A DNA stretch of 19,670 bases from a bacterium (GCA_044868695.1 JBIOWP010000013.1:1-19670); one strand, 5' to 3'. Shown: positions 1 through 9,643, counted from the first letter of the stretch. Translations and numbers: made by a program. Notes: generated by a model not told the origin, from the sequence alone.

Positions 1-5
1 CCGGT

Positions 6-1565
6 CTAGCGCGGCCGGTATCGCGGGGCCGGCCCGCCGTAGTTGATCGAGTCGCGGTAGGCTTTGACGATCTTGTCACGCCCGAGTTTGTTCGCGATGT
101 CCTTCCACTCCCGGGCCACCGCGTCCATCGCCTGCTGCGGAGACTCTTTGCCGACCAGCGCCTGGCTGATGTGCAGGTCCAGGCTGTTGATCATCTCCGT
201 GGCGCCTGGGATGCGCAGGTACTCCTGCCAGGCGTCCATCTTGTAGTAGTTTTCCCAGTACGCGCTCAGCCACTGCAGCGCGTCCTGGCGGTCGAACCCC
301 TCCTTCACGTAGGCCTCAATGGATCCGGTCCCCTGCCCGTCGCTGATCTCCGGCGGGAAGTCGTAGATCTTTCCGGGGTCCACGCCGCCCCAGCCGAAGG
401 CCGTCGTCTGGAACAGCCGGTTGCGTTCCGCCATGTACGCGAACAGGTGGTAGATGGTCTCTTTGTTCTTAGAGAGCGAGCTGATCAACCCGTGCCAGGA
501 GCAGCCCCACAGGTTGCCCACGCGGTTCCGCCGGGCGGCCCACTTGGCGGTCTGGCGGTCGTACACCTCTGTGGTCCCGGGCATCGGCGAGGCCGCCAGC
601 TTCCCCTTGATCGTCGAGCGGTCGGGGTTCTTCGCCAGCGAGCCAATGTCGCCGGGGCTGTACGTAAATGCGGCGTTGCCCTTCAGGAAGGGATCCCACG
701 ACTCCACCAGGTCCCAGCCGAGCTGCGCCTGCGGCCCGTTCTTGGTCAGCGCGATGTAGTCTTCCAGCGCGCGCACGTGTCCGGGCGAGTTGACGATCGG
801 GTCGCCGGTGCGTGGGTTGAAGAAGAACACGTTGTGGAACTCGTCCACGGTCGCGCCCGGCATCACGACGTACGGCGCCGCGAACGCCAGGTAGTAGAAG
901 AAACCCTGGGCGGCCACCTTGAGCGGCAGCACGATCCCGAAATCCGCCTTTCCGTCGCCGTTCCAGTCGCGCTTGTTGAAGAACGCGGTGACGTCCAGCA
1001 GCTCTTTCGTCGTCCGCGGCATCCGCAGCTCGTAGCCATACTTGGCCTGGAACGCGGCGCGCTCAGCCGGATTTTCCAGCAGATCGCGCCGACCGTACAT
1101 CACCCAGGCGTCGGCGTCATAGTTGGCGCCGTACGTCTTCCCGCCCCATTTGTACAGCTGCCGGATCGGCGGACCCATGTCGTTGGGGTCCCACTTGGGA
1201 AAGCGCGAATCCTTAAGCCACTGGTCAACCGGCACGATCCAGTTGTTGGTCACCAGATCCCCATAGATGAATCCGCAGGGGACGAACCCGTCAAAGCGCC
1301 CGGTCTTGGTGATGAGGTCGGTCTTGATCTTCGATGGGAGCTGGTCGAAGGGAATCTCGACGATGTTCAGCTTAGCGCCGGTGGCCTTCTCCCAATCGGC
1401 GCGGTAGAAGTAGAACGGGCCCGAGATCGCGCCGCGCGTCCCGCCCGCGAAGACTCCGAGCGTGATCGTCTTGCCGGCAAACGGCATGGCCGCCCCGTAC
1501 CCCGCAGCCGGAAAGAGCACGAGGGCCACGATGAGGGCCAGCGCCGCCAGCCTGTTGAGCTTCAC
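6..1565 (-). CDS. ABC transporter sugar-binding protein (extracellular solute-binding family 1)
   Basis: Signal peptide MKLNRLAALALIVALVLFPAAGYGA; SBP-like segments DWEKATGAKLNIVEIPF and LRIPGATEM..LD..IS.AL.G. GTG at 1565 is preferred over 1574 because GGAGGTGA lies just upstream of it. Confidence 0.9.
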   Translation of the reverse strand: MKLNRLAALALIVALVLFPAAGYGAAMPFAGKTITLGVFAGGTRGAISGPFYFYRADWEKATGAKLNIVEIPFDQLPSKIKTDLITKTGRFDGFVPCGFIYGDLVTNNWIVPVDQWLKDSRFPKWDPNDMGPPIRQLYKWGGKTYGANYDADAWVMYGRRDLLENPAERAAFQAKYGYELRMPRTTKELLDVTAFFNKRDWNGDGKADFGIVLPLKVAAQGFFYYLAFAAPYVVMPGATVDEFHNVFFFNPRTGDPIVNSPGHVRALEDYIALTKNGPQAQLGWDLVESWDPFLKGNAAFTYSPGDIGSLAKNPDRSTIKGKLAASPMPGTTEVYDRQTAKWAARRNRVGNLWGCSWHGLISSLSKNKETIYHLFAYMAERNRLFQTTAFGWGGVDPGKIYDFPPEISDGQGTGSIEAYVKEGFDRQDALQWLSAYWENYYKMDAWQEYLRIPGATEMINSLDLHISQALVGKESPQQAMDAVAREWKDIANKLGRDKIVKAYRDSINYGGPAPRYRPR

Positions 1566-1635
1566 GCCGCTCACCTCCCCAGAAATGGTGACCTGTGTCT
1601 GCTCGCTGCTGGGCTACCTGGTTGGGTTCGGCCCG

Positions 1636-2787
1636 TCACCTCCTTCCCCCCTGCTGCCAGACGGCCGGGTCGGGCGGGAACAGTTTGAAGACTTCCAGCG
1701 GCGCCCCAATCGCTTCGTACACGTGAGGGCGCGTCGCCGTCTCCGCCGTCACCAGCACCTCGCTGCCCGGCCGCAGCAGCCGGCCGCGCAACCGCCCGTG
1801 CCCGCGCCAGACCAGCGCCGCGTACGGACCGCTTTCCACGGACTCGACCGCCGACCGCACAATCAGGCGCTTGCCCGAGAACTTCCGCAGCCGGGGCGGG
1901 AAGATCCAGGTCTCCTCGCCCCGGGCAGACTCGATCTCCGCGGCCGGTTCCGGCACCAGGCGGTGCGTGTCCACGAACGCGGGATCACACGCCGTGGCAA
2001 AGTCAACAAACTGGAGGGCGTCGTCGACGGAAGAGAATCCGGGGTGCATCTGTCTGGCGCTCAGACGCCGGCCGCCCGAGGTCGACTCGAGCAGCGTGTA
2101 CACGTCAGAGGGCTGCTGCACTTCCAGCGTCAGCGCCGTTCCGGGCCGGTGCGGCACACCCGCGGGCAGGAAAAATCCCTCCCCGATGCGCTGGTAGATC
2201 GCCGGGGAGAGTTCGAGCAGGCGGTCCGGCCCGGCCGCCATCGTCTCGGCGAGGTGCCGCCGGGTCACTCCCGGATACAAACCGGCGTGAGTATACGGAA
2301 CCGTCCCCTTCGGCGCGTCCAGGAAATAGTAGGCCTCGTCTTTGCCGAAGCGGTGCCCGGGAAAGTGCTGCGGGTGACGCCAGACATCCTCATCACGCGC
2401 GTGAAAGTGGACGATGATGGGCTCGGCCGGATCGAGGATCTTGATCAGCACCGGAAAGTCCGCGCCGTACGCCGCCAGCCGCCGAGGACCAAGGATGCGT
2501 TCTCCCCGGCGCCGCAGCGCCTCCGGCAGCGTGATGGCCGTGCCCCGCACCGCCAGACGGCTCACCCCCTCCAGGGGAATGGGAGACGGGTTCGCCGCCG
2601 CTACCGTGGACGCAATCCACCGCTCAGGCCGCCACAGCTTGACTTTGGGCAGGTACGTTCCGCCGGGCCGCGCGGAAATGCCCAACCGGCCGCCGTCCAT
2701 ATAGAACCGGCGCACGTAGGTCGGCGCGCACGGCAGCATGCCGAGGTCACACAATCGGTCGAGGATTGCGTCGGTCCGGTCCGCCAT
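1636..2787 (-). CDS. Cupin-fold sugar(-phosphate) isomerase, class I mannose-6-phosphate isomerase-like
   Basis: PVLIKILD..IVHFH, KDEAYYF, LPAGVPHRPG and EVQQPSD follow the type I PMI metal-ligand pattern, with HxH in place of the usual QxH. Confidence 0.75.
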   Translation of the reverse strand: MADRTDAILDRLCDLGMLPCAPTYVRRFYMDGGRLGISARPGGTYLPKVKLWRPERWIASTVAAANPSPIPLEGVSRLAVRGTAITLPEALRRRGERILGPRRLAAYGADFPVLIKILDPAEPIIVHFHARDEDVWRHPQHFPGHRFGKDEAYYFLDAPKGTVPYTHAGLYPGVTRRHLAETMAAGPDRLLELSPAIYQRIGEGFFLPAGVPHRPGTALTLEVQQPSDVYTLLESTSGGRRLSARQMHPGFSSVDDALQFVDFATACDPAFVDTHRLVPEPAAEIESARGEETWIFPPRLRKFSGKRLIVRSAVESVESGPYAALVWRGHGRLRGRLLRPGSEVLVTAETATRPHVYEAIGAPLEVFKLFPPDPAVWQQGGRR

Positions 2788-2796
2788 CGTCGCCGC

Positions 2797-3735
2797 CTAG
2801 CGCCGGACGGGCGTGCGTTCTATGAACTGCAGCGTCTCGGCCATCCCCGCGATCCCGGTCGCCCCACCCACCGCGGTCACGCACATCGCACCGACCGCGT
2901 TGGCAAATCGGGTCACCCGGTGGAGATCCCATCCCGCCAGCAGGCCGGCGAGGAATCCGCCGCAAAACGCGTCGCCGGCGCCGGTCGTGTCCACCGCCGG
3001 CACGGCAAACGCCGGCACGTGACCGCGCCAGCTGTCCGCGTCAACATAGGCACCGTGCTCGCCCATCTTTACCGCCACGACCCCGGCCCCTCGACCGCGG
3101 AGCGCGGCAGCGATCCTGGCAGGCTCGCGCTCGCCCGCACATGCGCCGAGCTCATCGACATTGCCGAACAGCACGTCCAGGTGCGGCAGGCACGGCGCCA
3201 GCAGCGTCATCCACCGGCCGGTTGCATCCCAGGCCACGTCCAGCGTGGTCGTGCAATGGGCGTCGCGGGCGCGCCGCAGGAGAGTTGCGGCAGGACCGCC
3301 GTCCAGACCCGGGAGGATGAAATACCCGCCCAGGTGCAGGACCTTGGACGTGCTCAAGAGCGCCCCGGGGACATCGTCGGACCCGACCTTCGCGTTCGCG
3401 CCCACGAGGTGAAGAAAGGAACGCTCGCCGCCGGACGTCACCAGGACCACGGTGGTCGAAGTGGTCGCGGTCTCGTCGCGGCGGACGTGGCTCTCGATCC
3501 CGTGCTCTCGCAAGGCCTCGATCAAGAACGTCCCAAATGGATCGGCCCCGACGCGGCCCACGGTCGCTGTGGGGACGCCGAGTTTCGCCAGGGTGACGCT
3601 GGTGGTATGGGCCAGGCCGCCCGAGCGCAGCGCGATCCCCTCCACGAGACCGAGCCGGCCCTGCTCGGGCCAGGCGTCCACCGGGTGGACGATCACGTCG
3701 GCCACCAAGACGCCGACGCAGGTCACATCCGGCAT
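2797..3735 (-). CDS. PfkB/ribokinase-family carbohydrate kinase
   Basis: N-terminal GG..N...LAKLG..VG.D.FG signature and C-terminal VDTTGAGDAF.GG; SD GAGGTGAGG upstream. Confidence 0.95.
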   Translation of the reverse strand: MPDVTCVGVLVADVIVHPVDAWPEQGRLGLVEGIALRSGGLAHTTSVTLAKLGVPTATVGRVGADPFGTFLIEALREHGIESHVRRDETATTSTTVVLVTSGGERSFLHLVGANAKVGSDDVPGALLSTSKVLHLGGYFILPGLDGGPAATLLRRARDAHCTTTLDVAWDATGRWMTLLAPCLPHLDVLFGNVDELGACAGEREPARIAAALRGRGAGVVAVKMGEHGAYVDADSWRGHVPAFAVPAVDTTGAGDAFCGGFLAGLLAGWDLHRVTRFANAVGAMCVTAVGGATGIAGMAETLQFIERTPVRR

Positions 3736-3738
3736 CGC

Positions 3739-4890
3739 TCAGCCCCTCACCTCGTCCAGCGATACCCATCGTCCCTCCCGCGCAGCGCGGTAGCCGGCTT
3801 CAATCAATTCGTGCACGCGCACCGCGTCGTCGAATGAGGGGGCGGCGGGCCGACCCCGAGCAATCGAGTCCAGGAACGAGAATTGCGCGTGCACGTGCGA
3901 GCGGATCCAGCCGAGCGTGAACTTGGGAGACGGCACGGAGGCCGGCGGCGGGTAGGCCTGCACGGTGGCGAGCTTCGTAAACCCCCGGCGCTCCGGGGGA
4001 ACGGTGCGGTCGTACGCCCACAGCCAGTTCGGATCCATCAGGTTGAAGCTCAGGGCGCCGTTGCTGCCGTGCAGTTCCAGCCGCAGCTCGTCTTCGGCGC
4101 CCGTCGCGACTCGGGACAGCGCGGCTGTTCCCAGCGCGCCGCTGCGGAACCGCAACAGGAGGACCACCGCATCCTCAACCTCCACCGGCAAGCGCCGGGC
4201 AGGATCGTCGACAGAACGCCGCTCCCGGATGAATGTTTCGGACAGCGCACTGACGCGCTCGACCTCGCCGCCCAGCCAGCGCATCAAGTCCAGCAGATGC
4301 GGGCCCAGGTCCATCAGCACGCCTCCACCGATGATCTCCCGGCGCAGCCGCCACTCCAGCGGGCGCTCGGGATCGACATACCCCGAGTGGAGGTACGCGC
4401 CGTTGACGTGGAACGGGCGGCCGACGAACTCGTCGCGTACGAGATCGCGGGCGCGCAGCAGCGCGGGGAAAAAGCGGTACTCGGAGACGACCTGGTGGAC
4501 CACACCGGCCTCGCCGGCCAGACGCGCCAGGCGCCGCGCCTCCTCCAGATCCAGGGCCAGGGGCTTTTCGCAGTAGACATGCTTGCCGGCCCGCAGCGCC
4601 GACTCCACCGCCTCGGCATGGAAACGGTTCGGCGTGCACACGTCGATGATATCGATGTCGTCCCGCGCCACCAGGTCATCGACGCGGGTGGTGGCGAGCG
4701 CAAATCCCGCCTCGGCCACCCCTTCGCGCGCCCGCTGGGCGTCCACATCGCACACGCCGACTAGGCGCACCGGCGCCGGCTGTCCATGGTAATAGATGGG
4801 GATAGCGCGGTAGGCATAGGCGTGGACCCGGCCCATGAGGCCGTAGCCGACGATCCCGATGCCGAGCGTCTTACCGTCGGGAAGAGGCAT
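3739..4890 (-). CDS. Gfo/Idh/MocA-family NAD(P)-dependent oxidoreductase
   Basis: GIVGYGLMG Rossmann motif, VCTPNRFH, GKHVYCEKP, GGGVLMDLGPHLLD. Confidence 0.95.
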   Translation of the reverse strand: MPLPDGKTLGIGIVGYGLMGRVHAYAYRAIPIYYHGQPAPVRLVGVCDVDAQRAREGVAEAGFALATTRVDDLVARDDIDIIDVCTPNRFHAEAVESALRAGKHVYCEKPLALDLEEARRLARLAGEAGVVHQVVSEYRFFPALLRARDLVRDEFVGRPFHVNGAYLHSGYVDPERPLEWRLRREIIGGGVLMDLGPHLLDLMRWLGGEVERVSALSETFIRERRSVDDPARRLPVEVEDAVVLLLRFRSGALGTAALSRVATGAEDELRLELHGSNGALSFNLMDPNWLWAYDRTVPPERRGFTKLATVQAYPPPASVPSPKFTLGWIRSHVHAQFSFLDSIARGRPAAPSFDDAVRVHELIEAGYRAAREGRWVSLDEVRG

Positions 4891-5710
4891 TCGCCAGTTC
4901 GGACAGCGCCTCGCTCACCCGGACCCGATCATGAATCACCCGGCGCAGCGCCCGGACGACACCCGCCGGGTCCTCGTGCTGCCAGATGTTCCGGCCGAAG
5001 ACGACACCCCGCGCACCGGCGGCCACTGCATCCGCGGCCATCGCAAGCACCTGCTCCGGCGTGTCCATCCGCGGGCCGCCGCGGACCAGCACCGGGACGG
5101 TGCTGGCACGCACCACGCGTGCAAACGTCGCCGGGTCGCCGGTGTAGTCGGCCTTGATGAGGTCCGCCCCGGCCTCACAGGCGATGCGCACCATGAGGGC
5201 GACGACGTCGGGATCGTTGAGCAGGTCCCGGCCCACCGCGACGGCCAGCGGCTCAACCACCAGCGGCATGCCCCACCGCCGGCACGCGGAGGCGAGGTCG
5301 CCGATGGCGCGCAGATTCGCGCCCTCGTCCCGATCGTCTGGATAGCCGGTGAAGAGGAAGGTGACGATGGCGGCGGCGTTCAACTGCACGGCGTCTTCGA
5401 CGGTCGCGACCTGCACGCGGTACGGGACCGTCGGTTTGGCGACCGCGCGCCAGATGTTGCTGGCGTCGACCCGCAGCACGAGCGACGGGGCAAGCCGGCC
5501 GAGAAACGAGGCCTGCGCTGCGCGCGCCACTCCGGGGCTGACCTGGATCGCGTCCGGCCCGCCGTCCGCGACCCGGGCGACCGTGGCACGGACGTCTTCC
5601 GCGCCGGGCGTGGGGCCCATGAACAGGCCGTGGTCGACGGCGACGACGATCCCGCACCCGGACTGCGGATTGAGAATCCGGCTGAGCCGCACTGCGATAC
5701 CGGCGTGCAC
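4871..5710 (-). CDS. Class I (DhnA/FbaB/LsrF-type) aldolase
   Basis: AVDHG, GADLIKADY (Schiff-base Lys), RGGP, VFGRNIWQ. Start trimmed to GTG 5710 (GAGGG upstream) because the longer ORF would overlap the divergent gene. Confidence 0.9.
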   Translation of the reverse strand: MHAGIAVRLSRILNPQSGCGIVVAVDHGLFMGPTPGAEDVRATVARVADGGPDAIQVSPGVARAAQASFLGRLAPSLVLRVDASNIWRAVAKPTVPYRVQVATVEDAVQLNAAAIVTFLFTGYPDDRDEGANLRAIGDLASACRRWGMPLVVEPLAVAVGRDLLNDPDVVALMVRIACEAGADLIKADYTGDPATFARVVRASTVPVLVRGGPRMDTPEQVLAMAADAVAAGARGVVFGRNIWQHEDPAGVVRALRRVIHDRVRVSEALSELANASSRR

Positions 5711-5823
5711 GCGCGCGCCCTCGTCTGGGTGGATCAGGATGGGGATATCGGTTCGCGCCGGCGCGGGAGGGTTCCTACCGGGAGGGCCGGGCGTGCGCCT
5801 TGCGAATTGACCACGAGAGACGT

Positions 5824-6960
5824 ATGGCCCAAACGCAGACCGATCGCGCCCGCGGATCCTCTCACCAGCTTGACCTGTGGCAGGAGCACTGGCAGGAAGA
5901 GGGCGATGCCGCGTACCTGTACCGGCGCATCGCCGCCGCTGAGACGGATCCGGCGCGCACGCGGATCTTCTCCGACCTCGCCCGGGTGGAAGACCAGCAC
6001 CTCGTCCGGTGGGAGGGTGTCCTGCGGGGAGCCGGGATCCCGGTTCCATCGCACCGCCCCAGCCTTCGCGCCCGGATCATGGGGCTCATCGGCCGTGTCT
6101 TCGGGTGGCGGCTCCTGGCCGCCATCCTGCTGGCGGAGGAAGGCCGCGAGACCAAGGGCTACCTCCGCGGGGCCACGCGCTACGATAATCCCGAAGCCTC
6201 CCAGGCCGCCGCCGACCTGGCCAAGGAATCGGCCGAGCACGCGGTCCAGCTGGGAGAGCTGCTGGGGGTCTCCGGCGAACCGTGGCACCGGACCGAGTCC
6301 GGCGGGTTCCTCCGCAATGCGGTGTACGGATTCAACGACGGCCTGACGGCGAACTTCGGGCTCGTGATGGGCGTGCTCGGCGCCAGCGTTCCGCATCACA
6401 TCATCCTGGTTTCGGGCGTGGCAGGCCTGTTTGCCGACGCGCTGTCGATGGGCAGCAGCGGGTTCCTTGCCGCGAAAAGCGAGCGCGAGGTCTATTCGCA
6501 TGAGATCGCCGTGGAGCGCGAGGAGCTGCGGCTGATGCCGGATCTGGAGGAAGCCGAGCTGGCGTTGCTCTACCAGGCCCGCGGTCTTGCGCCGGAGGCC
6601 GCCCGGCGCGCCGCCGGCGAACTCATGCGCGACCCCGACCGGGCGCTGCAGGAAAAGACGCAACTGGAGCTGGGCATCGGCCAGTCGTCGATGTCGCCGC
6701 TGCGGGAAGGATGGATCACCGGTCTGGCGACGGCCGTTGGGGCCTGCATCCCCGTGTTCCCGTTCATCGTGATGCAGGGGCCGCGGGCGGTGTGGACGTC
6801 GTTTATCATCAGCATGCTCTCCCACTTCGGGGTGGGCGCCGCGCGCAGCGTCTTCACCGGCCGCGGCGCGTTTCGCAGCGGACTGGACATGTTTGTCGTC
6901 GGCCTGGGCATCGCCGGCATCGGCTACCTGGTCGGCGAGTGGATCTCCCGCGTCTTGTAG
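5824..6960 (+). CDS. VIT1/CCC1 metal transporter with N-terminal ferritin-like (rubrerythrin-like) domain
   Basis: Di-iron pattern EEGDAAYLY..VEDQH..EEGRE..ESAEH, followed by VIT1 motifs LRNAVYGFNDGL and ADALSMG.SGFLA.KSERE and C-terminal TM helices. ATG at 5824 follows GAGAGA. Confidence 0.9.
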   Translation: MAQTQTDRARGSSHQLDLWQEHWQEEGDAAYLYRRIAAAETDPARTRIFSDLARVEDQHLVRWEGVLRGAGIPVPSHRPSLRARIMGLIGRVFGWRLLAAILLAEEGRETKGYLRGATRYDNPEASQAAADLAKESAEHAVQLGELLGVSGEPWHRTESGGFLRNAVYGFNDGLTANFGLVMGVLGASVPHHIILVSGVAGLFADALSMGSSGFLAAKSEREVYSHEIAVEREELRLMPDLEEAELALLYQARGLAPEAARRAAGELMRDPDRALQEKTQLELGIGQSSMSPLREGWITGLATAVGACIPVFPFIVMQGPRAVWTSFIISMLSHFGVGAARSVFTGRGAFRSGLDMFVVGLGIAGIGYLVGEWISRVL

Positions 6961-7077
6961 GCGTTTCCCCCGCCGGACGTTCCCTGACCCTCTGCTCAGG
7001 ACAACCCCCGGCCTCTGATCAGGATTCTTGCGCTCCCGCTCGGGGATGAATGTCGCGCCCATCGGGGCTTTCCCTCG
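6957..7077. promoter_or_regulatory. Array of degenerate TCAGG-N6-CCTGA-like operator sites upstream of the GNAT gene
   Basis: GTAGG-CGTTTC-CCCCG 6957, GCCGG-ACGTTC-CCTGA 6972, TCAGG-ACAACC-CCCGG 6996, half-sites TCAGG 7019 and TCGGG 7040, TCGGG-GCTTTC-CCTCG 7062. Possible -35 TTGCCA at 7078 and -10 CAAGCT at 7100. Confidence 0.5.
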
Positions 7078-7124
7078 TTGCCACCCGCATGGATCTTGGC
7101 AAGCTGAATGTGGGGGGAGCGCGA

Positions 7125-8339
7125 ATGACGTCTGCGCTGCGCGTTGAGCGCGTCGACAACCCGGCGGAGTTTGCGGACCTGCGTGAAGAGTGGAACACAC
7201 TCCTCGTCTCGAGCTCCGCGGATTGTCTGTTTCTGACATGGGAGTGGCTTCATACGTTCTGGACGCATCTGGCCGGACGCCGGCGGCTCCACCTCCTGGT
7301 TGTGCGCTCCGGAGACCAACTGGCGGCCATCGCACCGTTTGCCCGGCGACCCCCGGCGTTGATCCGCCTGATCCCCTACCCGGCGCTGGAGTTTCTGGGA
7401 TCTGACGTCATCGGCTCCGACTACCTCGACGTGATCGCGCGCCGCGGCATGGAGCAGGATGCCGTCGAGGCGCTGGCAGGGGCACTGCCTGAGGACCTGC
7501 CTGTTCTGGAACTCGCGCAGGTGAGTCGGGAGTTCTCCCTTGCGGCCGAACTGGCCAGGCGGCTCGGACAGCGGGGATGGCGCGTTCAGCAGACACCACG
7601 CGATTCCTGTCCCTATGTCGAGCTGGCCGGGCACTCCTGGAGTTCGTACCTGACCGAGCAGGGACCGGCGCATTTCGAGAAGCGGCTGGCGAGCCTGCAG
7701 AAGCGATTCGACGTGCGCCTTGACCTGGTCCAGGGTGAAACCCAGCGGCGGGAGGCGCTGGAGACGCTTGTGACCCTTCACGCCCGGCGGTGGGAGGACC
7801 GGGGCGGGTCGGAGGCGTTCTCCACACCCGCTCTCCTGGCGTTCCACGACGCGTTCACGCGCTTGGCCCTCGAACACGGCTGGCTCAGGCTGTTCGTGCT
7901 GCGGTTGAACAACACTCCTGCCGCGGCGTTCCTGGGCTATCGGTACGGCCCGACGTTCTGTTTCTACCAGTCGGGGTTCGACCCGGCCCACGCTAAGGAG
8001 AGCATCGGCTTCCTGACGATCGGCCTGACGATCCGCCACGCCATCGAAGAAGGCGCGACCGAGTACGACTTCCTGCACGGGACTGAGCCGTACAAGTTTC
8101 GCTGGGCGCGCCGGGTGCGCGACCTGACCCGCCTCGACCTGTTCGGCACGGGTGCCCGCGGGGCCGCCTGCCGGAGCGTTGCCGCCATCAGTAGTGGCGT
8201 CAGAAAACGCCTCCGCCGCCTCGCGGGCGATGCGCTCGCTGAACGAATCGTCACACGCGGGCTGCGCGGCATCAGGAACGTCGCTCCTGGCGCGCCGACA
8301 CGAGGAGGTGCTACAATCCTGCCGAAACCGACTCGCTGA
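7125..8339 (+). CDS. GNAT-family acyltransferase, CelD/BcsL type
   Basis: FLTWEWL.T.W, SDYLD, LH.RRW, FYQSGFDP, YDFLHG.EPYK.RW. ATG at 7125 is preceded by GGGGGGAG. Confidence 0.85.
   Translation: MTSALRVERVDNPAEFADLREEWNTLLVSSSADCLFLTWEWLHTFWTHLAGRRRLHLLVVRSGDQLAAIAPFARRPPALIRLIPYPALEFLGSDVIGSDYLDVIARRGMEQDAVEALAGALPEDLPVLELAQVSREFSLAAELARRLGQRGWRVQQTPRDSCPYVELAGHSWSSYLTEQGPAHFEKRLASLQKRFDVRLDLVQGETQRREALETLVTLHARRWEDRGGSEAFSTPALLAFHDAFTRLALEHGWLRLFVLRLNNTPAAAFLGYRYGPTFCFYQSGFDPAHAKESIGFLTIGLTIRHAIEEGATEYDFLHGTEPYKFRWARRVRDLTRLDLFGTGARGAACRSVAAISSGVRKRLRRLAGDALAERIVTRGLRGIRNVAPGAPTRGGATILPKPTR
8309..8317 (+). promoter_or_regulatory. Putative extended -10 promoter for the glutamate dehydrogenase gene
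   Basis: TGcTACAAT, an AT-rich motif in GC-rich surroundings, about 30 nt before the gdh ATG. Confidence 0.5.
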
Positions 8340-8345
8340 TCGTTC

Positions 8346-9623
8346 ATGATGAAGACCCCGACCGCGCCGGTCGTCCGGCCGAAAGAGAATCCCTGGGACG
8401 TGGCACTGCGGCAGTTCCATCATGCTGCGAACCACCTCCCCCTCAAGCGCGGAATCCGCGAGTTCCTGGCCTACCCGCACCGTGAGCTCACCGTGAACTT
8501 CCCCGTCCACATGGACGACGGATCGGTACGTATCTTCACAGGCTACCGCGTCCATCACAGCACGGTACTGGGACCGACCAAGGGGGGCATCCGGTACAGC
8601 CTCCGCGTCGACCTGGATGAGGTGCGCGCGCTCGCAATGCTAATGACCTGGAAATGCGCGCTGATGCACCTCCCGTACGGCGGCGCGAAAGGAGGCGTCG
8701 CCTGCGACCCCGGGCAGCTTTCTAAAGGCGAGCTCGAGCGGCTGACACGCCGCTACGCTACGGAGATCAGCGTCATCATCGGACCGAACGAGGACATTCC
8801 GGCCCCGGACGTCGGCACCAACGACCAGGTCATGGCCTGGCTGATGGACACGTACAGCATGCATCGCGGTCACTCGGTGCCGGCGGTGGTGACCGGAAAG
8901 CCGATCAGCATCGGCGGGTCGGCGGGCCGGCGAGAAGCCACCGGGCGCGGGGTGATGATCACGGCGCGTGAAGCCGGCCGGATGCGCGGCCTGCCGCTGG
9001 CCGGCAGCCGCGTCGTGGTGCAGGGCTTCGGCAACGTCGGCTCGGTCGCCGCCTACCTGCTGCACGATCAAGGATGCCGCGTGGTCGCGATCAGCGACGT
9101 GTACGGCGGGATCTACAGCCCCGGCGGCTTCAATCCCCGCGCCGTGCTGCAGCACGTGCAGCAGACCGGGCGCGCGGCGGGATTCCCCGGCACCCACACC
9201 GTCACCAATGCGGAACTGCTGGAACTCCCGTGCGACTTTCTTGTCCCGGCCGCGATCGAAGGGCAGATTACGCGGGACAACGCCGCGCGCGTTCAGGCGA
9301 GGATCATCGTGGAGGGCGCCAACGGCCCTACGACGCCCGACGCCGACGAGATTCTTGCCGACCGGGACATCCTCGTCGTCCCGGATATCCTGGCCAACGC
9401 CGGCGGGGTGACGGTCTCGTACTTCGAGTGGGTGCAGGACCTGCAGTCGCTGTTCTGGTCAGAAGACGAGATCAACCAGCGGCTCGAGCGCATCATGGTG
9501 CAGGCGTTCAACGGCGTGGTGTCGCTCGCGCGGGAGCGCGAGGTCGACCTGCGCACGGCCGCCCTGATCTACGCGGTCAAACGGGTCGCCGACGCACTGC
9601 TGACCCGCGGCATCTACCCGTAG
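8346..9623 (+). CDS. gdhA: Glutamate dehydrogenase (Glu/Leu/Phe/Val dehydrogenase family)
   Basis: GPTKGGIRY, MTWKCA, LPYGGAKGG, DIPAPDVGT, VQGFGNVG, EGANGPTT, NAGGVTVSYFEW. Confidence 0.95.
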   Translation: MMKTPTAPVVRPKENPWDVALRQFHHAANHLPLKRGIREFLAYPHRELTVNFPVHMDDGSVRIFTGYRVHHSTVLGPTKGGIRYSLRVDLDEVRALAMLMTWKCALMHLPYGGAKGGVACDPGQLSKGELERLTRRYATEISVIIGPNEDIPAPDVGTNDQVMAWLMDTYSMHRGHSVPAVVTGKPISIGGSAGRREATGRGVMITAREAGRMRGLPLAGSRVVVQGFGNVGSVAAYLLHDQGCRVVAISDVYGGIYSPGGFNPRAVLQHVQQTGRAAGFPGTHTVTNAELLELPCDFLVPAAIEGQITRDNAARVQARIIVEGANGPTTPDADEILADRDILVVPDILANAGGVTVSYFEWVQDLQSLFWSEDEINQRLERIMVQAFNGVVSLAREREVDLRTAALIYAVKRVADALLTRGIYP

Positions 9624-9643
9624 GACGCCGTCTTCTTGTCTCC

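Noticed and set aside
1462..3837. 791-aa plus-strand ORF and other long antisense ORFs (171-1688, 4859-6346, 5734-7335, 6996-8558, 16661-17920)
   Set aside because: They lie opposite or across well-supported genes, are Arg/Pro/Gly-rich and have no motifs; typical high-GC shadow ORFs.
8337..8348. GNAT and gdhA are in the same frame across one TGA (readthrough or Sec fusion)
   Set aside because: Expected by chance one time in three; no SECIS-like hairpin is evident and both proteins are complete.
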